Assembly: GCA_035697145.1 (NCBI GenBank)
Contig: DASSDL010000149.1
Location: 2,008-66,007, forward strand
DNA from: Acidimicrobiales bacterium
Lineage (GTDB): Bacteria; Actinomycetota; Acidimicrobiia; Acidimicrobiales; VFJN01
Length of the DNA: 64,000 nucleotides
Direction of reading: 5' to 3'
The position numbers and the translations under genes are program-made. The number at the start of each line of letters is the position of its first letter. Position 1 is the first letter of the stretch. Shown here piece after piece: positions 9,098 through 18,228 of this stretch. The notes under the pieces were generated by a model. That model saw only the letters and a list, made by a program, of their open reading frames with translations. It was not told where the DNA came from and did no database searches.

Positions 9098-9196
9098 CCG
9101 AGGCAATAGCGAACGGCCCCGGAAGGGTGAGGCAATGGCGAACGGAAACCGTTCGTTATGCCCTTGGGCTCACCGCCGCGTTCGCCATTGCCTCCG
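9098..9196. repeat. 99-nt compound inverted-repeat element, copy B
   Basis: Direct copies: CCGAGGCAATAGCGAACG (9098-9115) and GTGAGGCAATGGCGAACG (9127-9144). Loop: GAAAC. Inverted copies: CGTTCGTTATGCCCTTGG (9150-9167, degenerate) and CGTTCGCCATTGCCTCCG (9179-9196). Spacers are 11 nt. Confidence 0.85.
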
Positions 9197-9208
9197 CCTC
9201 GTCGTGGG

Positions 9209-10663
9209 TCAGGCGCCGGCGCGCTGGCGCAGGAGGGCCGTCACCGCCCCGCCGTCAGCCCGGCGATGGGTCGCCTCCATCACCTGGCCGACGAAGAATC
9301 CCGTGAGCTTGCCCCGCAGCTTGTCGTCGCCCTCCACGAAGCGCGTCCACTGGTCGGCGTTGGCGGCGATGACCTGGTCGACCACGGCCGCCAGATCGTC
9401 GGCGCTCATCGCCTCGTAGTCCTTGGCCTTGGCGATGGCGGCGGGATCGTCTCCGCTGGCCACCATCTCGGCCAGCACCGCCTTGGCCTGCGTGGCGGTG
9501 AGCTCGCCCGCGGTCTCCATGGACACCAGCGCCGCCAGCTTGGCGGGATCCAACGCCTCGGCTCCCTCGACGGCCAGGTTGTGCTCGACGTGCGTGAGCA
9601 CGCGCGCCGGATCGCCTCCCGCGGCGATGGCGGCGAGCGCCAGGCCGTCGAGGCGCCGTTCGACGGCGATGGCGACGGCGCCGGCGTTCGACCCCACTCC
9701 GGCGGCGGCGGCCAGCGCGGTGCGACGCGCCGCGGGAAGGACGGGCAGCTCGGCGTCGACGCGGGAGATCCACTCGTCGCCGGGGTCGAGCGGCACGAGG
9801 TCGGGCTCCGGGAAGTAGCGGTAGTCCTCCGCCTCCTCCTTGGTGCGCAACGTGCCGGTCCGGCCCTCGTCCTCGTTCCAGTGGCGGGTCTCCTGCCGCA
9901 CCGTCTCGCCCGACTCGATGAGCTCGATCTGGCGGCGGGCCTCGTAGTCGATGGCCCGCCCCAACGACCGCAGCGAGTTGAGGTTCTTGATCTCGCAGCG
10001 GGTGCCGAGGGGATCGCCGGGGCGGTGGATGGAGACATTGGCGTCGACCCGCAGGGACCCTTCCTCCATCTTGGCGTCGGACGCGCCGGTGGCGAGCAGG
10101 ATGGCTCGCAGCTCGGACACGTAGGCCCGGGCGTCGTCGGCCGAACGCAGGTCGGGCTTGGACACGATCTCGAGCAGCGGGACGCCGGCGCGGTTGTAGT
10201 CGACGAGGCTGTAGCCGGCGTCGTGGATACGACCGCCGCCACCGACGTGCGTGGACTTGCCGGTGTCCTCTTCGATGTGCGCCCGCTCGATCCCCACGGT
10301 CGAGCCAGAATGCGGCAGCTCCAGCCGGCCCTCGACGTTGATGGGCAGGTCGTACTGGCTTATCTGGTAGTTCTTCGGCATGTCCGGATAGAAGTAGTTC
10401 TTCCGGGCGAAGATCGACCTGCGCACCTCGCAGTGCAGGGCTCGGCCGAGCCGCATCGCCAGGGTGACCGCCTGCTCGTTGAGGACCGGTAGCGAGCCGG
10501 GCAGGCCGAGGCACACGGGGCACACGTTGGTGTTGGGCTCGTCGCCGAAGCGGTTGGGGCATCCGCAGAACAGCTTGGTCCGGGTGGCCAGCTCGGCATG
10601 TACCTCGAGGCCGATGACGGTCTCCCACTCGGTGGCGGTGGTGGTGGTGGTGGTGGCGCTCAC
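9209..10663 (-). CDS. gatB: Asp-tRNA(Asn)/Glu-tRNA(Gln) amidotransferase subunit B
   Basis: [50 protein letters not shown] is canonical GatB. The GTG start (10661-10663) overlaps the gatA stop (GTGA). The 58 upstream codons of the listed ORF are Arg/Gly-rich junk lying inside gatA. Confidence 0.93.
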   Translation of the reverse strand: MSATTTTTTATEWETVIGLEVHAELATRTKLFCGCPNRFGDEPNTNVCPVCLGLPGSLPVLNEQAVTLAMRLGRALHCEVRRSIFARKNYFYPDMPKNYQISQYDLPINVEGRLELPHSGSTVGIERAHIEEDTGKSTHVGGGGRIHDAGYSLVDYNRAGVPLLEIVSKPDLRSADDARAYVSELRAILLATGASDAKMEEGSLRVDANVSIHRPGDPLGTRCEIKNLNSLRSLGRAIDYEARRQIELIESGETVRQETRHWNEDEGRTGTLRTKEEAEDYRYFPEPDLVPLDPGDEWISRVDAELPVLPAARRTALAAAAGVGSNAGAVAIAVERRLDGLALAAIAAGGDPARVLTHVEHNLAVEGAEALDPAKLAALVSMETAGELTATQAKAVLAEMVASGDDPAAIAKAKDYEAMSADDLAAVVDQVIAANADQWTRFVEGDDKLRGKLTGFFVGQVMEATHRRADGGAVTALLRQRAGA

Positions 10664-12114
10664 GCGCCTTCCTCCCCGCCCGGTGCGGCCGCCTCGACCG
10701 CCGCCGCGGCCCGGAACATCGTCGCCTCGCCCAGCGCCGGCGCCATCACCTGCACCCCCACCGGCAGCCCGTCGTCGCCGGTGCCGAACGGGACCGAGAC
10801 TGCGGGGTGTCCCGACAGGTTCGAGGGGATCGTGCACACGTCGTTCAGGTACATGGTCAGCGGGTCGGCCGTCTTCGCCCCCAACGCGAAGGCGGTGGAT
10901 GGGGCGGTCGGACCAACGAGCACGTCGAAGCGCTCGTAGGCCGCGTCGAAGTCACGGATGATGAGCGTGCGCACCCGCTGCGCCTTGCCGTAGAACGCGT
11001 CGTAGTAGCCGGCCGACAACGCGTAGGTGCCGAGCATGATGCGCCGCTCGACCTCGGCGCCGAACCCGGCGGTGCGGGTGCGGTCGTACATCTCACCGGT
11101 CGTGGGCGCGTCCACCCGTAGCCCGAAGCGCACCCCGTCGTACCGGGCCAGGTTGCTCGACGCCTCGGCAGGATTGATGAGGTAGTAGGCGGTCAGCCCG
11201 TAGACGACGGCGGGTACCGAGACCTCGTCGACCTTGGCCCCCGCCTCCTCGAGGGCGTCGATGGCTTGGCGCACCCGGGCCAACACGTCCGGCTGGATGC
11301 CCTCGGCCTCGCACAGCTCGGTCACGACCCCGACGCGCAGCCCAGCGACACCCTCCGCGAGGCCGGCACCCACGTCCGGCACGGGTTCGGGGATCGACGT
11401 GGCGTCGCGGGGATCGTGCCCGGCGATGGCCTGGTAGAGCGCGGCGGCGTCGGCCACCGTGCGACTGAGTGGTCCGATCTGGTCGAGCGAGCTGGCGAAC
11501 GCCACCAACCCGTAGCGGGACACCCGGCCGTAGGTGGGCTTCACGCCCACGACGCCGCAGAGCGCCGCAGGTTGGCGGATCGACCCCCCGGTGTCCGAGC
11601 CGAGGCCCAGCCCGGCGAAGCCCGCGGCCACTGCCGCTGCCGAGCCCCCAGACGACCCGCCCGGGACCTTCGTCGTGTCGTGCGGATTGCGGGTGGGGCC
11701 GAACGCAGAGTTCTCGGTGGAGCTGCCCATAGCGAACTCGTCGAGGTTGGTCTTGCCGATCACGATGGCGCCCGACTCGGCCAGCCTCTCGACCACGGTG
11801 GCGTCGTAGGGCGGCCGCCACCCCTCGAGGATCCGCGAGGAGCAGGTGGTGGGGACGCCGGCGGTACAGATGTTGTCCTTCAGGGCGATCGGCACGCCCG
11901 CCAGCGGCCCCGGGTCCTCGCCCGCCGCCACCCGGCGGTCGATGGCGAGGGCCGCTTGGCGGGCTTCGTCGGCCAGCACCAGGTTGAAGGCGTGGATCTC
12001 GCCCTCGCGGGACTCGATGGCGGCAAGGTGCTCGTCGACGACGTCAGCGGCCGGGCGCCTCCCGGCGCGCACGGCGGCGGCGATGTCGAGCGCGGTGTCC
12101 GTCGGTGCCGTCAC
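10660..12114 (-). CDS. gatA: Asp-tRNA(Asn)/Glu-tRNA(Gln) amidotransferase subunit A
   Basis: Amidase-signature protein ([45 protein letters not shown]). GTG 12112-12114 overlaps the gatC stop (GTGA). Confidence 0.93.
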   Translation of the reverse strand: MTAPTDTALDIAAAVRAGRRPAADVVDEHLAAIESREGEIHAFNLVLADEARQAALAIDRRVAAGEDPGPLAGVPIALKDNICTAGVPTTCSSRILEGWRPPYDATVVERLAESGAIVIGKTNLDEFAMGSSTENSAFGPTRNPHDTTKVPGGSSGGSAAAVAAGFAGLGLGSDTGGSIRQPAALCGVVGVKPTYGRVSRYGLVAFASSLDQIGPLSRTVADAAALYQAIAGHDPRDATSIPEPVPDVGAGLAEGVAGLRVGVVTELCEAEGIQPDVLARVRQAIDALEEAGAKVDEVSVPAVVYGLTAYYLINPAEASSNLARYDGVRFGLRVDAPTTGEMYDRTRTAGFGAEVERRIMLGTYALSAGYYDAFYGKAQRVRTLIIRDFDAAYERFDVLVGPTAPSTAFALGAKTADPLTMYLNDVCTIPSNLSGHPAVSVPFGTGDDGLPVGVQVMAPALGEATMFRAAAAVEAAAPGGEEGA

Positions 12115-12410
12115 GGGGCGTCCCCCAGCACCGGCGGGACGCGGAACTGACCATCCTCGGTGGCGGGCGCGCCGGCCAGGACGGCCTCGCGGTCGAGGCA
12201 CGGGCGCTCCTCGTCAGCGCGCACGACATTGACGAGCGGATAGGGATGCGCGGTCGGGGGCACGTCGGCCACGTCGAGCGCCTCGACGTCGCGGGCGTGG
12301 TCGAGGACCTTGGCGAGCTGCTCGGTGAACGTGTCGAGCTCGACGTCGGTGAGCAGGAGCCGGGCCAGCCGCGCCACGTGCGCGACCTCGTCGCGGGTGA
12401 TCTGCGCCAT
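12111..12410 (-). CDS. gatC: Asp-tRNA(Asn)/Glu-tRNA(Gln) amidotransferase subunit C
   Basis: The 99-aa product starts [47 protein letters not shown], which is typical GatC. The 74 in-frame upstream codons have no GatC counterpart. Confidence 0.9.
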   Translation of the reverse strand: MAQITRDEVAHVARLARLLLTDVELDTFTEQLAKVLDHARDVEALDVADVPPTAHPYPLVNVVRADEERPCLDREAVLAGAPATEDGQFRVPPVLGDAP

Positions 12411-12858
12411 GCCGGCATGGTAGGCGGGCCCCGTCCGAACCCGTGCAGGGGTTCCGAGCCTCAGGTGGCGACCCTGGTCCTCGAGGAATTGGCGGACCTT
12501 CTCGGGCCCACGATCGCCGGCTAATCGATCTCGGGCTTTAGAGCCGCCGCGGGGCTCCGCCGCATGACCATCCCCCACCAAGTCGAACGCATCCGGTACA
12601 CCACGCCAAATCGGTTGAGTGGTGGTCGTCATACACCACTAGTGCGAACCCGGCTATCCCGAAAGGACCATGCACAATGCCAGCCATAACGCAGCGACCG
12701 CTAGCCCGCGTCTCAACGGCTTCGGTCGACATTGCGTCCGGCGCCGCGGCGCCCCACGCCTGGTTGCCGAGCTCCGGCATCCCAGTTGCCGATTGCCCCG
12801 GCGGACTCGCCATGCGGGTGATCGCGGTCTTCATCGGCCTGAGGAAACGAGGTGACCC

Positions 12859-13641
12859 GTGAGCACCCTATTACCCCCGCGCGCTTACCCGTTGGAGCTA
12901 CCGGCGGCACTGTTGCCCGGCGAGACATTCGTCTCCTCGGTGACCGTGGGCGGCGAACGGTTCGACAGGATGGTGGTGTGCACCCCGTGGATGACCGCCG
13001 AGGTCGACCTCGTCGAGCTATTGCGGGAGATGGTGGTCGAGCGGTTGCAGCCCGGCGACGTGGTAGCGATTAGTGAGAAGGTCGTCGTGGTGACGACCGG
13101 GCGCGGCATCCCCGCGTCGATGGTGCAGCCCGGGCGCCTGGCCACGTTCGCAGCCAGGCACATACGTCCCATAGGGGACTCTCGGGGTCTCAGCATCCCC
13201 GAGAAGATGCAGCTGGTGATCGACATTGTCGGCCGCTGGCGCGTGATCCTGGCCGCAGCCGTGGCGGCAGCGGCGCGACCTCTGGGGATCCACGGGCCCT
13301 TCTACATCGTCGCTGGCTACGTGGCCCGCAGTATGGACGGGATGCGGCCACCCTACGGTGATGTGCTGCTCCCGCCGCTGCCACCCCGGACGGCCCGTTC
13401 CATCGCCGGGCAGCTCACGACGGAGGTCGGTCATCCGGTGGCGATCGTCGATATCAACGACCGAGGCGGGTCGGTGCGAGCGGTGGCGGGGCCGGCGATG
13501 CCCAAACGGCTGCTGGCCGCGGTGCTGGCGGACAACCCCATGGGCCAACGGGATCGGGCAACGCCGATCGTGGTGGTCCACCGGGCGGACTCCCAGGAGC
13601 ACGCGCGGCCGCTGGTCACGAGCGGCCGGCGTCACCACTAG
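12859..13641 (+). CDS. coenzyme F420-0:L-glutamate ligase (CofE)-like family protein, stand-alone
   Basis: 260 aa. GDVVAISEKVVVVTTGRGIP...VAIVDINDRGG...NPMGQRDRATPIVVV resembles the CofE/FbiB N-terminal ligase fold. GTG start after GAGG. There is no fused nitroreductase-like domain. Confidence 0.6.
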   Translation: MSTLLPPRAYPLELPAALLPGETFVSSVTVGGERFDRMVVCTPWMTAEVDLVELLREMVVERLQPGDVVAISEKVVVVTTGRGIPASMVQPGRLATFAARHIRPIGDSRGLSIPEKMQLVIDIVGRWRVILAAAVAAAARPLGIHGPFYIVAGYVARSMDGMRPPYGDVLLPPLPPRTARSIAGQLTTEVGHPVAIVDINDRGGSVRAVAGPAMPKRLLAAVLADNPMGQRDRATPIVVVHRADSQEHARPLVTSGRRHH

Positions 13642-15421
13642 CACGGCGGCGGATCAGCGCGACAACCTGTCGGCTCTCGGGCACCCCAAGCCACCAACTG
13701 GCCGTCAGGTAAACCACAGCGGTGACGACAACGGCGGCGACACCCGCCACGACCGGCGTCAGGTCCCCCACGACGAACCGGACCGCGCCGGCAGCGATGG
13801 CACTGACCGCGGCGGCCACGGCCGTGGGCAGCATGCGAGCGGTCGCCATCGTGATGCGGACGCCGTGACGGTGAAGGGCGCGGCGCAGAAGCCGGTACTC
13901 GAGCAGCGACGCGATCCCGGCCGCGAGCGCCAGTCCCACAGCGCCGAGGTGTCTCTGCTGCTCGACCGCGACCGGGTCCCGGAGCTCCGCAGACAGTGGC
14001 GTGAAGGCAGGCACGTCGCCCACCAGCGCCAGCCCCTCTGGCCCGACGACCACGCGGTCGAACGAGAACATGAGAAGCGCACCCACCCCCAATGACACCG
14101 CCACCCGCACGATCGCGATCCGGGCTGCGCTGCGCGGCTCGCCGAGCCCGTAGAGGGCTGATTGCAACAATCGGGATCCCGTCGTGGCAGGAAGCCCAAC
14201 GGCGTGAACGGCGAGGATCATCCACACCTGGATGGTGTCGGCCCGATCGAACTCGCCGCTCTGCAGCAATGCCGCGACCACAAGGTCGCCGATGACGACG
14301 TAGGCGACCGCGGTCGGGATGACGAGGAACGCGATAAGGCCCAGCCCTGACTCCACGCGGCCCCGCAATTCACCGAGGCGCTCCGTCCCAATCGTCGATA
14401 GCACGGGAAGCTCGGCGGCGGCCACAGACATGGCGAACAAGCTCACCGGCAACACATAGAGCATCTGGGCGTAGCGCAGACCCGCGAGCGCGCCAACGGC
14501 GAGGAAGCTGGCCAGGACGAGATGGACGTACCCGCTCAAATGGACGACGCCCTTGCCGGCGACAAGGGGCACGAATGATCTGACGGCCTCACGCACCCCC
14601 GCGTCACGGGTGGTCAGACTCAAGCGGAGATGGGGCGTGAGCCGAAGCACCGTGGGCAGCTGAACCGCGAACTGCAAGAACCCGCCAATGACCGTGCCCC
14701 ACGCAAGCCAGACCACCAGCGAGGACTGCTCCAACCCGCTGAGACCATCACCCATGCCGCCTCCCAGCGCCACGGTCGCGGCACCGACGAGCACAGCGAC
14801 CTGGACGACGTTCATCAGCACTGGAGCGACATAGGACAAAAAGAACCGCCGATGGCTGTTGAGGATGCCCAGGCACCACGCCGACAGCACCAGGAAACCC
14901 ACCCCCGGCGCGATGACCTGCAGCAGAACCACCGTGAGGTCGAAGGTCTCTGGAGGCAACCCGGGCGCCAGCACCGCCACCACCGATCGGGCGAAGACAA
15001 CCACCAGCACCACCACGGCGCCTAAGACGGCGGCCAACAGCCCAGCAAGCGCACCCGCGACCCGGCCCGCGTCCTCCTCCCGGCCATCGGCCAATAGCCG
15101 GCTGTACATCGGCACGATCGACGCCGAAAGCACGCCCTCGCCCAACAGACTCTGCAACACATTAGGGATGCGATACGCCGCACTGAAAGCGTCGGCGGCG
15201 TGGCCTGTGCCAAAGAAATGGCCCACCACCCGCTCCCGGACGAGGCCGGTCGCCCGCGACAGGAATACCCCCGCCCCAACCAGGACCGATCCGCGTCCCC
15301 GGGACGAAGGCTCGTTGGGTTGACTGCGAGAATCGCGCCGACGGACTCCTACACGGGCGCCTACTTCGCCCCCCGAGGCCGCCGTAGTCCCTTGCGTCTC
15401 ACCTTGTGCGACGACATTCAC
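13616..15421 (-). CDS. murJ: lipid II flippase MurJ (MviN family)
   Basis: Polytopic protein. FLSRATGLVRERVVGHFFGTGHAADAFSAAYRIPNVLQSLLGEGVLSASIVPMYSRL is the conserved MurJ N-terminal block. The exact start is uncertain (GTG 15421 is the earliest). Confidence 0.85.
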   Translation of the reverse strand: MNVVAQGETQGTTAASGGEVGARVGVRRRDSRSQPNEPSSRGRGSVLVGAGVFLSRATGLVRERVVGHFFGTGHAADAFSAAYRIPNVLQSLLGEGVLSASIVPMYSRLLADGREEDAGRVAGALAGLLAAVLGAVVVLVVVFARSVVAVLAPGLPPETFDLTVVLLQVIAPGVGFLVLSAWCLGILNSHRRFFLSYVAPVLMNVVQVAVLVGAATVALGGGMGDGLSGLEQSSLVVWLAWGTVIGGFLQFAVQLPTVLRLTPHLRLSLTTRDAGVREAVRSFVPLVAGKGVVHLSGYVHLVLASFLAVGALAGLRYAQMLYVLPVSLFAMSVAAAELPVLSTIGTERLGELRGRVESGLGLIAFLVIPTAVAYVVIGDLVVAALLQSGEFDRADTIQVWMILAVHAVGLPATTGSRLLQSALYGLGEPRSAARIAIVRVAVSLGVGALLMFSFDRVVVGPEGLALVGDVPAFTPLSAELRDPVAVEQQRHLGAVGLALAAGIASLLEYRLLRRALHRHGVRITMATARMLPTAVAAAVSAIAAGAVRFVVGDLTPVVAGVAAVVVTAVVYLTASWWLGVPESRQVVALIRRRASGDAGRS

Positions 15422-15645
15422 GCCGAAATAGCCCGCATCCGATCAGGTTTCTGAAGATCGGCGTGTTGTACCCGACTGCTTCAAGCCCATGGGGGATGGT
15501 GCATCGCCAGATGGGTGCCGCGGGAGCCCACAAGGCGCCTACCAAGCATCACCCACCCGACGAGTGAGGTCCCTGTAACGTCCAACGACGTGGCCCGCCT
15601 ACACATCGAGCTCCCGGTAGGCACCACGGAGCCGGAGGGTGAGCG

Positions 15646-16110
15646 ATGAGCGAACCTCACCTCGTCACACCCGACGATCCCACGTGGTCGCACATCGTCG
15701 ACATCGTCGACAACGTCGATCGGCGACTCGCAGAGGAGATGAACTACGCTCAAGGCACGGGCCGACATTGGGCCGAAGCCTGGGTTTGGGGTGCCGATCC
15801 ACCGTGGGGAATTCAGTACGGGTTCGGTGTCTTCGACAAGCCCGATATCTGGTCCGACTGGGTCCTCAAGCACGTGTACTTCGCGCCATCGATGCTGCGA
15901 GGCGGTCGCCTCCCGGCGGTCTGGCCGATGTGGTGTGAGCGCTACGGCGCCTTTGGTGTCGAACGTCCAGGCGAAGCCATGCAAGCGTTCCTCGCCGCTC
16001 GGGGCTACGCGCCTCGACACTTTCCTGGGGGGATCTTCAACGGCGGTCAACAGCAGAACGCGCATGAGATCGACACGAGTTACCCGGGGACCTGCTGGGT
16101 AAGCTTCTGA
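15646..16110 (+). CDS. hypothetical Trp-rich cytoplasmic protein (orphan)
   Basis: 154 aa. ATG is preceded by GGAGCCGGAGGG. Third-position GC is reasonable but there are more A/T-ending codons than in neighbouring genes. I recognise no family. The overlapping 15481..16125(-) ORF looks like its antisense. Confidence 0.5.
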   Translation: MSEPHLVTPDDPTWSHIVDIVDNVDRRLAEEMNYAQGTGRHWAEAWVWGADPPWGIQYGFGVFDKPDIWSDWVLKHVYFAPSMLRGGRLPAVWPMWCERYGAFGVERPGEAMQAFLAARGYAPRHFPGGIFNGGQQQNAHEIDTSYPGTCWVSF

Positions 16111-16144
16111 CCCCCCTGACGTCAACTATTCCGCGACGCGGAAC

Positions 16145-16915
16145 TCAGCCCGTCCCCGTGACCCGCCCAGCGAATTCGATCGTGCGCTCGAAGATGAGGT
16201 CCTTGTCGTAGTCGAGTGTGGCGACGTGGTAGCTGCGTTCGAGGGTGACCCGCTCGACGGCGCCCGAGACCCGCTCGGCCACGATGTCGCTGTTGCGGGG
16301 GTCGACCACGTGATCCTGCGGGCTCGTCATCAGCAGGACCGGGCAGGCGATCTTGGCCAGGTCGTCGACCGTCTCGGCGGCTGCCTCGGCGAGACTGAGC
16401 AGCGGTCGCAGTGGCGTGGCGTCGTACGCCTTCTCGCGACCGGCCGGGTCGGCCACGTCACCGCCGATGGCGGGGATGCGGTCGACGCCACCGTCGACCA
16501 TCTGGCGGATCCCGTCGACCATCTCGGCACCCATCTCCACGGCCGGATTGACACAGACCACACCGGCGATCTCGGGGTGGCGGGCGGCCAGCCACAGCGC
16601 GAGCGAGCCGCCCATCGACAGCCCGGCCACCACCACCTTGTCCGCTCGCGCCGCCAGCTCCTCGTACGCCGTCTCGACCGCGGCGGACCAGTCGGCCCAG
16701 CCGGTGTCGACCAAGTCGTCGACCGACGTACCGTGCCCGGGCAGCAGCGGCAGGTCGACCGCGTACCCGGCGCCGTATAGGGCCTCCGCCAGGCCCCGCA
16801 GTGACTGCGGATTGCCCGTGAATCCGTGGATCACCAGCGCGCCGTGAGGTCCGCCCGTCGCCGACCACGGCTCGCACCCGGGAATGATCGCTTTGCCGTC
16901 CGGCGTGTTCGTCAT
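16145..16915 (-). CDS. alpha/beta hydrolase (carboxylesterase/lysophospholipase-like)
   Basis: HGALVIHGFTGNPQSLRGLAEAL and the nucleophile elbow VAGLSMGGSLAL. The start is set at MTNTPDGK (cat 16913-16915). Confidence 0.75.
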   Translation of the reverse strand: MTNTPDGKAIIPGCEPWSATGGPHGALVIHGFTGNPQSLRGLAEALYGAGYAVDLPLLPGHGTSVDDLVDTGWADWSAAVETAYEELAARADKVVVAGLSMGGSLALWLAARHPEIAGVVCVNPAVEMGAEMVDGIRQMVDGGVDRIPAIGGDVADPAGREKAYDATPLRPLLSLAEAAAETVDDLAKIACPVLLMTSPQDHVVDPRNSDIVAERVSGAVERVTLERSYHVATLDYDKDLIFERTIEFAGRVTGTG

Positions 16916-16994
16916 GGCCGTAGACCCTAAGGCGGCCGCGAGTCGGTCGTCAGACCGACGCCACCAAGGGACGGCAAGCGGGGGTCGGGCTGGA

Positions 16995-17010
16995 TTGACC
17001 CCTGGGTCAA
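16995..17010. promoter_or_regulatory. perfect palindrome, candidate TetR operator in the divergent intergenic region
   Basis: TTGACCC-CT-GGGTCAA (7-2-7) lies 24 nt upstream of the TetR ATG, within the 118-nt gap to the divergent hydrolase gene. Confidence 0.5.
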
Positions 17011-17033
17011 GGCTCGCAACACTGTCGCTCGCG

Positions 17034-17690
17034 ATGTCCGACCGCCAGCTCACCACCCAGGGTGCCGAGCGCAAGCAGCAGCTCCTCGACGCCGCCGCCC
17101 GGCTCTTCGCCGAGCAGGGCTACGCCTCCACCCGCGTGGTCGACATCGTCGACGCCGCCGGTGTCGCCAAGGGCCTCTTCTACTGGTACTTCGAGAACAA
17201 GGAGGCCCTGTTCCGCGAGCTGGCCGCCGACATGCGACGCCGCCTCCGCCGCCAACAGGCCGCGGCCATCGACGACGAGGCCGCGGCACTGACCCGCCTG
17301 CTGCAGGGATCGGTGGCGAGCGTCCACTTCATGGCCGAGAACGCGCCGTTCTTCTCGCTGCTCGAGGTCGAGGGCCACACGGTGTCGGACGTGCTGCGCC
17401 AGGGGACCGAGCAGCACATCCGCGACGTGACCACCCTCATCGTCGCTGGTCAGCGCGACGGGACCGTGACCGAGGACGACCCCGCCGAACTGCTGGCGCT
17501 GTCGGTCGTCGGGACCGTAGGCCAGTTCGGTCACTTCCACCGGACTCACCGGGTCGAGCTCTCCCTCGACGAGCTGTCGGGTTATGTCGCCCGCTTGGTC
17601 GCCCGCATGCTGGCGGCCGACGAGCACACCGCTCGTGCGTCGCTGGCCGCGCTGGCGAACCGCGCCGACGCGCCGGCAGCCACCGTCTGA
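17034..17690 (+). CDS. TetR/AcrR family transcriptional regulator
   Basis: RKQQLLDAAARLFAEQGYASTRVVDIVDAAGVAKGLFYWYFENKEALF is the TetR HTH signature. The start is at ATG 17034 (MSDRQL). Confidence 0.88.
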   Translation: MSDRQLTTQGAERKQQLLDAAARLFAEQGYASTRVVDIVDAAGVAKGLFYWYFENKEALFRELAADMRRRLRRQQAAAIDDEAAALTRLLQGSVASVHFMAENAPFFSLLEVEGHTVSDVLRQGTEQHIRDVTTLIVAGQRDGTVTEDDPAELLALSVVGTVGQFGHFHRTHRVELSLDELSGYVARLVARMLAADEHTARASLAALANRADAPAATV

Positions 17691-17775
17691 TCGCGGCCGT
17701 CGGCCCAATGTGCCCTGTGGGGCCGCCCTCGCTAGCCTTGTCCGGTCATTCCGCTAGCACGAGGTTCCGCCCTCC

Positions 17776-18135
17776 ATGATCCGTAGTCGAGGCCTGGTCG
17801 CGCTCGCCGCCGTCGCCGCGCTGTCACTTTCGGCGTGCACCAACAACGACGCCGACGCCGGCGACGTCGTCGAAGCCATGACCGATGCCGGCCTGGACCC
17901 GGATCAAGCCGACTGCATGGGGCAAGAGTTCGACAGAGCGTTCGACCAGGATCAGATGAACGACCTCGCCGCCGCCGACAACTCCGACGACTTCCCATCG
18001 GGCACCAAGCCAACCGTCGACTCCATCATCGAGGACTGCACCGGGGAGCCCGTGCCGGGCTCCGAGGGGTCGGGATCCGGGGGCCAGGACGGCGAGTCAG
18101 AGACCACCACCACGACGGCGGCCGAAGGGAACTAG
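17776..18135 (+). CDS. small acidic lipoprotein, function unknown
   Basis: MIRSRGLVALAAVAALSLSAC has a lipobox-like Cys after a signal peptide. The mature part is Asp-rich with two further Cys and a Gly/Ser/Thr tail. Confidence 0.6.
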   Translation: MIRSRGLVALAAVAALSLSACTNNDADAGDVVEAMTDAGLDPDQADCMGQEFDRAFDQDQMNDLAAADNSDDFPSGTKPTVDSIIEDCTGEPVPGSEGSGSGGQDGESETTTTTAAEGN

Positions 18136-18228
18136 CGACCGCTGGGCACCCCCGGACGCTTGCACGACGGCTGCAAACACCCGCGCTAGCATGCGGCAGC
18201 TTTCGAGCCGATCAGGGAGGATCCCCTC

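Noticed and set aside
10664-10837. N-terminal extensions in the longest-ORF versions of gatB, gatA (to 12201), gatC (to 12632), ligA (to 23931), mnmA (to 29683), ilvD (to 3290), the PHP protein (from 34716) and pepN (from 43715).
   Set aside because: The extensions are Arg/Gly/Pro-rich, overlap the preceding gene or repeat, and have no counterpart in the conserved families. Internal starts give 4-nt overlaps or sensible gaps and canonical N-termini.
12593-12608. T-box-like fragment on the minus strand of the gatC leader (TGGCGTGGTGTACCGG versus the T-box core GGGTGGTACCGCG).
   Set aside because: The match needs a 2-nt insertion. I could not identify a stem I/specifier loop, AG bulge or a terminator/sequestor that overlaps it. 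It is kept only as a remark inside the long-leader finding.
12538-12834. 98-aa minus-strand ORF, plus two 61-aa plus-strand ORFs (12670-12862), in the gatC/CofE-like gap.
   Set aside because: No Shine-Dalgarno sequence is present and codon third-position bias is poor. The composition is odd (Cys/Trp/Gly-rich tail, Arg-rich) and no motif is recognisable. They are more likely non-coding.
15481-16125. 214-aa minus-strand ORF opposite the Trp-rich orphan gene.
   Set aside because: The plus-strand ORF has a good SD and a more protein-like composition. The minus-strand product is Arg/Pro/Gly-rich and starts without an RBS. Confidence in either is moderate only.
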